A stretch of DNA of 32,000 nt from Chlamydiota bacterium (GTDB lineage Bacteria; Auribacterota; JACPWU01), in contig JACPWU010000021.1 in NCBI GenBank assembly GCA_016196885.1, forward strand, positions 30,001 through 62,000. The letters run 5' to 3'. The first letter of the stretch is position 1. The number at the start of each line of letters is the position of its first letter. This document shows, in pieces, positions 8,137-16,800 of this stretch. The notes under the pieces were generated by a model. The model ran no database searches, was not told the DNA's origin, and saw only the letters and a program-made list of their open reading frames with translations. Position numbers and translations under genes: made by a program.

Positions 8137-8898
8137 TCACGATTTGGCCGAGGCTAAAGAATCCTTCACCCCATCATAGCCTTCCCTCTCCAGTTGAAGG
8201 GCAAGGTCTTTGCTCCCGGACTTCACAATGCGACCTTCTAAAAGCACATGCACAAAATCTGGCACAATGTAATTCAAGAGCCTCTGATAATGGGTCACCA
8301 CCATCATCGAACGATCTGGCGATCTCAACTGATTAACCCCTGCGGCCACGATTTTCAAGGCATCAATGTCCAGCCCTGAATCCGTTTCATCCAAAATAGC
8401 AAGTCGCGGTTCTAACACCGTCATCTGTAAAATCTCGTTTCGCTTCTTTTCTCCACCCGAAAAACTTTCATTCACAGAGCGATGGGCCAAGGTTTGATCC
8501 ATTTCGACCTGTTTCAATTTTTTATTAAACAATTCTAAAAACTCCATCGCGTCCAATTCCGGGAGACCTTTGGCCACCCGAACTTCATTCAACGCCGCCT
8601 TCAAAAAATAGGTATTGCTCACACCCGGAATTTCAACCGGATATTGAAACGCGAGAAAAATTCCTTCTCGGGCCCTCATTTCAGGTTCCATCTTCAGAAG
8701 ATTGTTTCCCTCAAAAAGAACTTCACCCTTTGTCACTGTATAAGCAGGATCTCCCGCTAAAACCTTAGCCAAAGTGCTTTTTCCAGAGCCATTCGGCCCC
8801 ATCACCGCATGCACCTCACCCTTGTTAATTTTGAGTGAAATTCCTTTAAGGATTTGAACACCTTCTATACTCACATGCAAATTCTTGATCTCTAACAT
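8137..8898 (-). CDS. sufC: Fe-S cluster assembly ATPase SufC
   Basis: Walker [13 protein letters not shown] signature FSGGEKKR and Walker [13 protein letters not shown]. The ATG at 8898 follows GGAGG by 6 nt; the track start at 8910 is a TTG. Confidence 0.92.
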   Translation of the reverse strand: MLEIKNLHVSIEGVQILKGISLKINKGEVHAVMGPNGSGKSTLAKVLAGDPAYTVTKGEVLFEGNNLLKMEPEMRAREGIFLAFQYPVEIPGVSNTYFLKAALNEVRVAKGLPELDAMEFLELFNKKLKQVEMDQTLAHRSVNESFSGGEKKRNEILQMTVLEPRLAILDETDSGLDIDALKIVAAGVNQLRSPDRSMMVVTHYQRLLNYIVPDFVHVLLEGRIVKSGSKDLALQLEREGYDGVKDSLASAKS

Positions 8899-8949
8899 GC
8901 CCGCCTCCAACCTTTGAACTTTTGAACCCTTAAACTTTTGAACCTTTTT

Positions 8950-10383
8950 TTACCCCACACTTCCTTCCAAACTCACACCCAAAAGTTTCGAGGCTTCCAC
9001 CGCAAACTCCATCGGTAAATTGCGAAACACCTCTTTACAAAATCCATTCACAATCATGTTCACCGCATTCTCACTGGAAATCCCCCGCTGCTTACAATAA
9101 AAAAGCTGCTCATCACTGATTTTTGAGGTGGATGCCTCATGCCCTACCTTGGAAGAGTTATTCTGGACCTCGATATAAGGAAAGGTGTTGGCCGCACAGT
9201 CGCTTCCCAAAAGCAATGAATCGCATTGCGTGTAATTGCGTGCATTTTGGGCTTTTGGAAGCACCTTCACCAATCCCCGATAGGTGTTATTGCCATGCCG
9301 TGCTGAAATCCCTTTTGAAATAATGGTGCTTCGCGTATTTTTCCCCACATGAATCATTTTGGTTCCCGTATCGGCCTGCTGATAATTGTTGCAGAGCGCC
9401 ACCGAATAAAATTCGCCCACCGAATCATCTCCTATCAAAATCACACTCGGATATTTCCACGTAATGGCCGAACCTGTTTCCACCTGAGTCCAGGTGATTT
9501 TAGAATTTCGTCCCACACACTTTCCTCGCTTCGTCACAAAATTATAAATACCACCTTTGCCTTCTTTATCACCCGAATACCAATTCTGCACCGTCGAATA
9601 TTTGATAGAGGCCTTTTCCTGAGCCACCAACTCCACCACCGCCGCGTGAAGCTGATTTGTATCTCTGAGGGGTGCAGAGCAACCTTCAAGATAACTTACA
9701 TAGCTTCCCTCTTCAGCCACAATCAACGTCCGTTCAAATTGCCCCGTCTCGGCGGCATTGATTCTGAAATAAGTAGATAGCTCCATCGGACAGCGCACCC
9801 CTTTGGGGATATAACAAAAAGAACCATCACTAAACACCGCGGCATTTAAGGCCGCATAAAAATTATCCGTATAAGGAACCACGGAACCCAAATATTTTTG
9901 AATGAGATCTGGATGATTTTGAACCGCCTCTGAAAAAGAACAAAAAATAACCCCTGCCTTGGACAATTGCTCTTTGAAAGTCGTGGCAACCGAAACGCTG
10001 TCAAACACCGCATCCACGGCCACACCCGCCAGTCGCTTTTGCTCTTCAAGCGGAATGCCCAATTTCTCAAATGTGGTGAGCAACTCTTTATCCACTTCCT
10101 CAAGGCTGTTTAATTTTGGTTTTTTCTTGGGCGCGGAATAATAAATGATGTCCTGATAATCAATTTTGGGGTAATGCACATGCGACCAGCTAGGTTCTTT
10201 CATCGTCAACCAATGCCGATAGGCCTTCAAACGCCACTCCAACATAAAAGAAGGCTCGTTCTTCTTCTGGGAAATGAGACGAATCACATCCTCACTCAAC
10301 CCTTTCGGAAGAGTATCCACCTCCATGGGTGTCACAAAACCATATTTGTATTCTTGTTGAATGAATGAATCTGGCTTATTCAT
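8950..10383 (-). CDS. sufB: Fe-S cluster assembly scaffold protein SufB
   Basis: 477 aa with a highly conserved SufB sequence ([20 protein letters not shown]-like, [24 protein letters not shown]). AGGAG lies 9 nt upstream of the ATG at 10383. Confidence 0.93.
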   Translation of the reverse strand: MNKPDSFIQQEYKYGFVTPMEVDTLPKGLSEDVIRLISQKKNEPSFMLEWRLKAYRHWLTMKEPSWSHVHYPKIDYQDIIYYSAPKKKPKLNSLEEVDKELLTTFEKLGIPLEEQKRLAGVAVDAVFDSVSVATTFKEQLSKAGVIFCSFSEAVQNHPDLIQKYLGSVVPYTDNFYAALNAAVFSDGSFCYIPKGVRCPMELSTYFRINAAETGQFERTLIVAEEGSYVSYLEGCSAPLRDTNQLHAAVVELVAQEKASIKYSTVQNWYSGDKEGKGGIYNFVTKRGKCVGRNSKITWTQVETGSAITWKYPSVILIGDDSVGEFYSVALCNNYQQADTGTKMIHVGKNTRSTIISKGISARHGNNTYRGLVKVLPKAQNARNYTQCDSLLLGSDCAANTFPYIEVQNNSSKVGHEASTSKISDEQLFYCKQRGISSENAVNMIVNGFCKEVFRNLPMEFAVEASKLLGVSLEGSVG

Positions 10384-10433
10384 AACATCTGCTCCTGACT
10401 ACCTTTCTAAACTACAACACACGCCGCTTCACT

Positions 10434-10487
10434 TGTCATCTCGAGGAGCGCTTTTTGCGACGAGAGATCTTTCTCTTGAAAATGACA
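10434..10487. repeat. 54-nt mini-palindromic element related to the TIR of the 2003-2420 element
   Basis: TGTCATCTCGAGGAGCGCTTTTTGCGACGAGAGATCTTTCTCTTGAAAATGACA. Its ends, TGTCAT...ATGACA, and its internal CGA.GAGA(A/G)ATCTT block match 2003-2040 and the reverse complement of 2340-2420. It lies in the Rrf2-sufB spacer. Confidence 0.5.
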
Positions 10488-10538
10488 ATATAACGCAACA
10501 AACTAGACTAAATCACTCTGATTAAACAACAAAAAAAA

Positions 10539-10985
10539 TTAACCCGCCTGCGGCATTAGATGTTCGATCTTTCTTGCGTCCTTTGCCATCATTTCAAGCG
10601 TCATCGAGCCAAAAAAATCATCCAAAACCTTTTTCGTCTTTTTCCAAATCGGTGTAATCCCACACAAGCAAAAATGCGTGCACACAATATGCTCTCTCAC
10701 CTGGGGCTCGCAAAATACCTCAAACGTGCTGCCTTCCAAAGCCTCAATGACGTCTTTCAATGTAATTTCGCATGCCGCTCTGGCCAAGGAATACCCACCT
10801 TCTTTCCCCTGATGCGACACGACAATATGTGCGGCCCTCAAATGCTGCATGATCTTTTCAATATAGGTCGCCGAAAAATGCTCTCGCTGGGCAATTTCCT
10901 TCACGGTCACGAGGTCACCCGAAGCCTTCCGCGCCATATAAACAAGACACACAAAGCCATATTCCGTCTTTGTCGTAAACCGCAT
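10539..10985 (-). CDS. Rrf2-family transcriptional regulator (IscR/SufR-like, probable Fe-S cluster sensor)
   Basis: 148 aa with the N-terminal wHTH MRFTTKTEYGFVCLVYMA...VTVKEIAQREHFSATYIEKIMQHLR and a Cys cluster FCEP...VCTHFCLCG. It lies directly upstream of sufB on the same strand. Confidence 0.85.
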   Translation of the reverse strand: MRFTTKTEYGFVCLVYMARKASGDLVTVKEIAQREHFSATYIEKIMQHLRAAHIVVSHQGKEGGYSLARAACEITLKDVIEALEGSTFEVFCEPQVREHIVCTHFCLCGITPIWKKTKKVLDDFFGSMTLEMMAKDARKIEHLMPQAG

Positions 10986-11085
10986 GTTATGATCCTCTTA
11001 GCTCATCTTACTAAATCAGACTCTTTTTGTCCATATTAAAAAATATCAGACATTCAGATATTTTTGTTAACGGATACTGAATAAA

Positions 11086-12024
11086 TCAGGTAAAGGCTTG
11101 CTCTAAAACGGGGGAGGGTCTTGAAGCAGAGCGGCTCTCTTTGCGAGCGAGGGATTTCTCGGCGTGGAGCCTTGCCCGTAGAATTCTTTCTGGAGGAATG
11201 CGTGTTAAATCCTTTGCCATTTTAAAAAAGCCCATCAGAGAGATCAGCCACTTGCTGGGATCCCAGTGATACCAACGAATTCCATTGCGATAATCGCCTG
11301 GGAAACGGTGATGAAAACTGTGATACCCTTCTCCCAGCGTGACCAATGCAACCAACCCATGGTCCTTTGCATTTACCTCTGGATCATAGGTGGCCTTTCC
11401 AATCCAATGGCAAAGAGAATTGATGCAAAAGGTGGCTTGTTGAACGAAAAAGATCCGAAAACAAACCGCTGTGAAAAAAGTGCTCCATCCATGGCCGGCC
11501 ATGATTCCAAGGGTCCATGGAACGAGAATCCCAGACACCAACGCCCAGACCCCATAATATTGATGCTGATTCATGATGATTTTATTTTTTTGAAGGTCTT
11601 TGACGTTTTCGTAAACCTTGGGCTGTTTCCAAAAAATAAGCCATCCGATATGGGCATGCCAAAACCCTTGTTTCATGCTATAGGGGTCTCTTTTCGTGTC
11701 GGGATAGAGATGATGAGAGCGATGCTGGGAAGCCCATTTCAGGGCAGACTGTTCAAAGGCACCCGCTCCGAAAAAAAGAAAGAGGAACTTTACAAAGGAA
11801 GGAACTTTGTAAGAGACATGCGCAAAGAGGCGATGATAGCCCATCGTTACACTCAACCCCGTCGCAGCCACATAAAAGAAGAAGAGTAAAAGGTCAAACC
11901 TTGAAATGCCATGGGAAAAAATATAAAGGGGCATCCCGATCACGGCAAGAGCCGCACTCACAACCATAAAAAGGAATATCCCCCACTGCATTCCCCTTTC
12001 TGGATAAATCAAAGAATCCGACAT
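11086..12024 (-). CDS. Membrane fatty-acid (acyl-CoA/acyl-lipid) delta-9-type desaturase
   Basis: Three His boxes (GYHRLFAH, QHRSHHLYPD, EGYHSFHHRFPGDY) and hydrophobic N-terminal helices. The ATG at 12024 is 4 nt after GGGAGGGG; the track start at 12027 is a GTG. Confidence 0.85.
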   Translation of the reverse strand: MSDSLIYPERGMQWGIFLFMVVSAALAVIGMPLYIFSHGISRFDLLLFFFYVAATGLSVTMGYHRLFAHVSYKVPSFVKFLFLFFGAGAFEQSALKWASQHRSHHLYPDTKRDPYSMKQGFWHAHIGWLIFWKQPKVYENVKDLQKNKIIMNQHQYYGVWALVSGILVPWTLGIMAGHGWSTFFTAVCFRIFFVQQATFCINSLCHWIGKATYDPEVNAKDHGLVALVTLGEGYHSFHHRFPGDYRNGIRWYHWDPSKWLISLMGFFKMAKDLTRIPPERILRARLHAEKSLARKESRSASRPSPVLEQAFT

Positions 12025-12116
12025 CACCCCTCCCTCTGAAAAGAATTCATATGAAAAGAACTCACAAATGATACTATCTTTAAAAAGAGGAGCAAGTCCT
12101 TTTTTAAATTTTTAAT

Positions 12117-12247
12117 AGGCATATGCACTTGATTCCCCTAGTAGTCGCCCGATTCATCGGGCAATCCATGCAAGGGGCACAAGGCTGCCCCATCAATGGG
12201 GCGACTACAAATTCTTGCTATCTGAGGGGAATCAAGTGCATATGCCT
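12117..12247. repeat. 131-nt compound palindrome: a 22-bp perfect inverted repeat enclosing Y-junction repeat copy 2
   Basis: AGGCATATGCACTTGATTCCCC (12117-12138) pairs with GGGGAATCAAGTGCATATGCCT (12226-12247). Between them lies TAGTAGTC-[GCCCGA ttca TCGGGC]-insert-[GCCCCA tcaa TGGGGC]-GACTACAA (12139-12210). Confidence 0.7.
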
Positions 12248-12251
12248 AATT

Positions 12252-12427
12252 TTTAAAAGTGTGTCCTTTATTCATGCGGGTGACACCCAACAGGGTCCCC
12301 ATCAAGTGCCAGAAGAAAGAGTCATTTGCATCAGCCATACATCTGGCATCCCTCATCGAGACCGATGCCGTTGATGGGGTGGTTGGGCGGCAGGACCCGC
12401 CCCCTTTCCAAAGGACACACTTTTAAA
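12252..12427. repeat. 176-nt MITE-like element with perfect 18-bp terminal inverted repeats and an extended internal hairpin
   Basis: TTTAAAAGTGTGTCCTTT (12252-12269) pairs with AAAGGACACACTTTTAAA (12410-12427). Internal pairings include CCCCATCAA/TTGATGGGG, CCCAAC/GTTGGG, GCGGGT/ACCCGC and TGCCAGA/TCTGGCA. There is no credible ORF. Confidence 0.6.
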
Positions 12428-12563
12428 TACATCATCATCAAAAATAGGTAGACACTTCTAGGAAAAATTATGAGATAATTCGAACAAAGAAGGAGTCTCG
12501 ACCCTGAAACGAATTTTCATATTCTTAAGCATTTTTCTTCTTTCAGCCTCTCTGGCCTTGGCC

Positions 12564-13079
12564 ATGCATTGCCCTCGATGTCAGTATGACAATAGGCAGC
12601 GAGCAACCTATTGTGAAAACTGCGGCTATCAACTCCCACAAGTTATTTATTGCTCACAATGCGGCTTTGAAAATCCTTATGGGGCCACTTACTGTTCACG
12701 CTGCCAAGCTCCCTTGGGAGAGGCAGCTCCACCGGCTCCCACAGGGGTAGAGGAAATTTTTGTTCATCATCACCATCACCACGATGAACCCCACTCGGAT
12801 TGGCGGCTCGTGGCCACCCTTTCAGCAAGTGGGGATGATAAGGGAGTTGAGCTTCCAGGAGGGGGATTGATTCATCAGGTCAAATTAAGAGGGGTCAGCG
12901 GTTCTCTGATTATTAATACCGTCACCGTCAGAGAAGGAGGGGAAGCCACTCATTTTCCAATCACCACGAGATTCGCCCCTGGTCAAGAAGTGGTGAAGGA
13001 CTTGGGAAGAGAATACAATTCCACAGGTTTTCGTGTGAGCCGCAAGGGCACGGGATCTGTTGAGTTATATGTTCAATAA
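12564..13079 (+). CDS. Double zinc-ribbon protein with a natural His6 tract and a C-terminal beta-rich domain of unknown function
   Basis: Two CxxC...CxxC ribbons (CPRCQYDNRQRATYCENCG, CSQCGFENPYGATYCSRCQ), then HHHHHH, then ~95 aa of beta-strand-like sequence. The start is uncertain: ATG 12564, TTG 12558, or upstream CTG 12504 (see findings). Confidence 0.6.
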   Translation: MHCPRCQYDNRQRATYCENCGYQLPQVIYCSQCGFENPYGATYCSRCQAPLGEAAPPAPTGVEEIFVHHHHHHDEPHSDWRLVATLSASGDDKGVELPGGGLIHQVKLRGVSGSLIINTVTVREGGEATHFPITTRFAPGQEVVKDLGREYNSTGFRVSRKGTGSVELYVQ

Positions 13080-13218
13080 ATACGGTTAAAAGTTGGAAGT
13101 TTTTAGAGGAGTTTATTTTTAACAATTTTGTACATCGTTCTTCTAAATTTTTTTGTGAGCCCTGTTTGTTAATCTGGAAGAACTTACACAAACCCACAAA
13201 AAATGTAAGGGCAAATCA

Positions 13219-13246
13219 TTGACTTTCTTTAGGAGTGTTGTATATT
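13219..13246 (+). promoter_or_regulatory. Candidate sigma-70-type promoter (TTGACT - 16 nt - TATATT) driving the riboswitch leader
   Basis: The -35 is TTGACT at 13219-13224 and the -10 is TATATT at 13241-13246, with 16-nt spacing. It lies about 35 nt upstream of the aptamer core. Confidence 0.45.
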
Positions 13247-13276
13247 GAGGGGTAGAAGGTGATATAGATATTCTCT

Positions 13277-13370
13277 GATAAGGGCAAACTATCCGTAAGG
13301 ATAGGACGCAAAGCCATGGGCCCCTGGGTAGCTAGGGAGGGGGGTCGCCAGGTTGCCGGAGCATAGGCTG
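13277..13370 (+). promoter_or_regulatory. c-di-GMP-I (GEMM-I)-like riboswitch aptamer
   Basis: 13281-13315 reads AGGGCAAAC-UAUCC-GUAA-GGAUAG-GACGCAAAGCC. These are the two hallmark GEMM-I blocks around a 6-bp hairpin capped by a GNRA tetraloop. A second helix region follows (GCC-AUG 13313-18 / CAU-A-GGC 13362-68; CCUGG 13323-27 / CCAGG 13348-52). The aptamer boundaries are approximate. Confidence 0.75.
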
Positions 13371-13380
13371 AAGAGTCAAG

Positions 13381-13431
13381 AAAAGCGTCTATTCTTTTAC
13401 GGAAGTGAAAGAATAGACGCTTTTCTTTTTT
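13381..13431 (+). terminator. Intrinsic terminator (riboswitch expression platform)
   Basis: A perfect 17-bp stem, AAAAGCGTCTATTCTTT (13381-13397) / AAAGAATAGACGCTTTT (13408-13424), has a 10-nt loop and is followed by CTTTTTT. Confidence 0.8.
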
Positions 13432-13481
13432 ACGTGTTTTAACGTCTTGTGTGTGCATCCGCGTTCAGAATAGGGAGAAGA

Positions 13482-13805
13482 ATGAAAAGGGTCCTGATCT
13501 GCCTATTGGGGATGGGTATGATGATCGAGGCAATGAGTGGAGCGAACGCCCGAGGGGAGGAAGGAAAAAGGGGGAGGGAAATTTTTGTTCGTTTTAAGGC
13601 TGAAGTCTCTCAAGACAGGATACAGGATCTCTTCAAGGAATACCAATTAGAGGTGATTGAGAAATACCCCGCCATTGAGAATCTTTATTTGTGCAAGGTT
13701 CCATTGGATTTGAAAACGCAAGCGGTCATTCGAAAATTAGAAAAGGAGGGCGATGTTGCCTATGTAGAGGCAAATCAGAAAGTGGAAGCACTCGAAGTCC
13801 GATAG
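13482..13805 (+). CDS. Secreted stand-alone peptidase-inhibitor I9 (subtilisin propeptide-like) domain protein
   Basis: The ATG at 13482 lies 6 nt after GGGAG. The signal peptide is MKRVLICLLGMGMMIEAMSGANA. The rest, EIFVRFKAEVSQDRIQDLFKEYQLEVIEKYPAIENLYLCKV...GDVAYVEANQKVEALE, parallels the two propeptides inside the next gene (..LLVRYKPGVS..VLYAEPNYVVEL). Confidence 0.7.
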   Translation: MKRVLICLLGMGMMIEAMSGANARGEEGKRGREIFVRFKAEVSQDRIQDLFKEYQLEVIEKYPAIENLYLCKVPLDLKTQAVIRKLEKEGDVAYVEANQKVEALEVR

Positions 13806-13846
13806 GGTCGAAGTCGTAGAGTCATTACCAGAGAGGCCGGGGTTCT

Positions 13847-16800
13847 ATGATGAAGTCCAACTGGATGAAGAGGGGGATTGTGTCATGCATCTTGGGAGTG
13901 GGGTTGTGGGGAAGCGCCAGTCTCTTTTCATTTTCTGATGAAGAAAAGAAATACGCCCCCGATGAATTGCTCGTCCGCTATAAACCAGGGGTTTCGAGTG
14001 CCCAAATCCGGCAGTTGAGAAAGGCCATCCATGCCGAACGTCTCGAGAAGTTTTCCATCAATGATGTGCAGCATTATAAACTCGAGGCCGGTCAGTCTCT
14101 TCAAGAAGCTCTTTCAGAGTTAAAGGGTTCCTCCAAAGTTCTTTACGCAGAACCCAATTATGTTGTGGAGTTAAATCAAACCCCCAACGATCCCGACTTT
14201 TCCAAACTCTACGGAATGAATAACACCGGCCAGACCGGCGGTACAGCTGACGCCGACATTGATGCCCCCGAGGCTTGGAATACACAGACTGGAAATCAGA
14301 ACCTCGTGATCGCGATTATTGATACGGGCGTGGACTACAACCATCCGGATCTGGCAGCAAATATCTGGACCAATCCCAAGGAAATTGCAGGCAACGGCAT
14401 AGACGATGACGGCAACGGTTACGTGGACGATATTCATGGTTGGGATTTTTATAACAAGGACGCCGATCCCATGGATGATCATTACCATGGCACTCACGTA
14501 GCGGGCACCATTGCAGGAGTGGGCAATAACGGCATCGGTGTGACAGGCGTGGTCTGGAAAGCCAAGATCATGGCACTTAAATTCTTGAGCTCGGGTGGAT
14601 CGGGATACACTTCAGGTGCGATTTCGGCGATCAATTATGCCACTCAAATGGGCGCAAAAATTTCCAATAACAGCTGGGGGGGCGGGGGCTATTCGCAGGC
14701 CTTGAAAGATGCCATCACGGCCAATCAGAATGCAGGGGCTTTGTTTGTAGCCGCTGCAGGAAATAGCGGCGTCAATGCAGACACTTCTCCCATGTATCCC
14801 GCGGCTTATGACGTGGCCAATATTATTTCTGTGGCTGCGACGGACGCTAAAGATCAATTGGCCTCTTTTTCAAATTATGGAAAAACCAGCGTGGATTTAG
14901 GGGCCCCGGGGGTGAGTATTTACAGCACTGCTCCCAACAACACGTATAAAACCTTAAGTGGGACTTCCATGGCAACCCCTCATGTCGCGGGAGCGGTCGC
15001 CTTAATCTGGTCTCAATTTCCGAGCCTGACGAATCTTCAGGTGAAAGATAAATTGCTCGTCTCCACAGATCCGATTTCAGCCCTGTCTGGAAAAACGGTG
15101 AGCGGGGGAAGGCTCAACATCAATAATTTTATGGAGAATGACACGACGGCCCCGGCCCCTGTCACTAATTTAGCCACTTCCAGCGTTTCCTATTTTACCA
15201 CCACACTCACGTGGACAGCGACGGGAGACGATGGTTTCACAGGACAGGCAAGCACCTATGATTTGCGCTATTCTACGAGTGCCATCACAGAGTCTAATTT
15301 TTCCTCGGCCCTTCAGGCGTCCGGGCTCCCCTCACCTAAGACTTCAGGACAGACAGAGACTTTTAAGGTGACAGGACTTTCTTCCAACACGGCTTATTAT
15401 TTTGCACTCAAGGTGAAGGACAACGTGGGAAATACTTCTTCCCTTTCGAATGTGATTTCAGCCACCACCTCTCAGGGAACCACTTTCTACCAGGATAATT
15501 TTGAGAATGGCCAGGGAAGTTGGGTCACAGGAGGAACAAACGGCACGGGTGGAGGGACCTTGTGGCATCTTTCAACCCGTAAATCCAACAGTGCGACCCA
15601 TTCCTTCTATTATGGCAGTGAGTCCAAGGGTAATTACAACACAGGACAAGCCAATTATGGTTGGATCACTTCTCCCAAAATTTATTTAACCTCGGCTACC
15701 AATTCCACTTTGATTTTTAACCACTATCTGACGACGGAGAATCTGGCCCCCTATGATGAAGGAAGTGTCAGAATTTCAACAGACGGCGGATCCACTTTTA
15801 CAACGCTCAACAAATTCTATTCAACCAGCTCAAAATGGCAACAGGTTTCCGTAGATCTTTCGAAATATGATGGGAAAACCGTCTACATTCAATTTTATTT
15901 TACGACGCTGGACGCGCTCTACAACAGTTATGAAGGTTGGTATGTGGACGATGTGCAGGTGATGGCAGATGGGCAAGGTGACACCACACCTCCTGCCGCG
16001 ATCAGTAATTTGGCAATTTCTTCTCTGGGTCAATATTCCCTGACATTGAACTGGACGGCGACAGGAGACGATGGGAATACGGGAACAGCCTCTTTCTACG
16101 ATTTACGCTACTCCACGAGCACCATCACAGATTCCAACTTTTCTTCGGCCGTTCAAGTCTCAGGCCTCTCTTCCCCGAAGGCGGCCGGAAATTCCGAATC
16201 CTTTGAAGTGAAGAATCTTTCCAGTGGAGTCACTTATTATTTTGCGATCAAGGCCACGGACGATCTTTCCAATACCTCCGCTATTTCAAACGGGGTGAAT
16301 GGAAAAACAAAAACGGGACCCAAAATCAGCGTGTCTCCCAGCACCCTTGCGAAAGTCAGTTTGGATGTTGGGAAATCAACCACACAGTCCCTGACGATCC
16401 AAAACACAGGCGATGAAAATTTGACATTTGACATCACAGAAATTCCGACAACCACCGCCAGCAGTGCTGAATCTTCCTCCTCTTTGGAAACGGGATCGAG
16501 CGCGTCAGCTGCCTATGCACCTTCCCAAATTTTGGTGAAATTTAAAGAGGGCCTGTCTGAGGCAGCCATTCATGGACTCGGAGATTCAGTGGACGCAAGA
16601 ACCGTTAAAATTTATTCCGACATTGATGTCCATTTGATTGAAACCGCTTCAGGATTGGATGCCCAGGAAATGGCCAGAATGTACCTGGCGAGCGGCTTGG
16701 TAGAATATGCAGAACCCAATTATGTTGTTCAAGCCTTAAGTACCTTCCCCAACGATTCTTCTTTCTCTCAACTCTACGGCCTTCACAACACAGGACAAAC

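Noticed and set aside
12123-12374. 83-aa plus-strand ORF in the desaturase/zinc-ribbon spacer
   Set aside because: It is composed of the arms of nested perfect palindromes (both arms would be translated), which is not a plausible protein.
12772-12789. His6 tract as a cloning or expression-tag artefact
   Set aside because: It is internal to the ORF, uses mixed CAT/CAC codons, and is flanked by native-looking sequence (FVHHHHHHDEPH) with no vector, linker or protease-site sequence.
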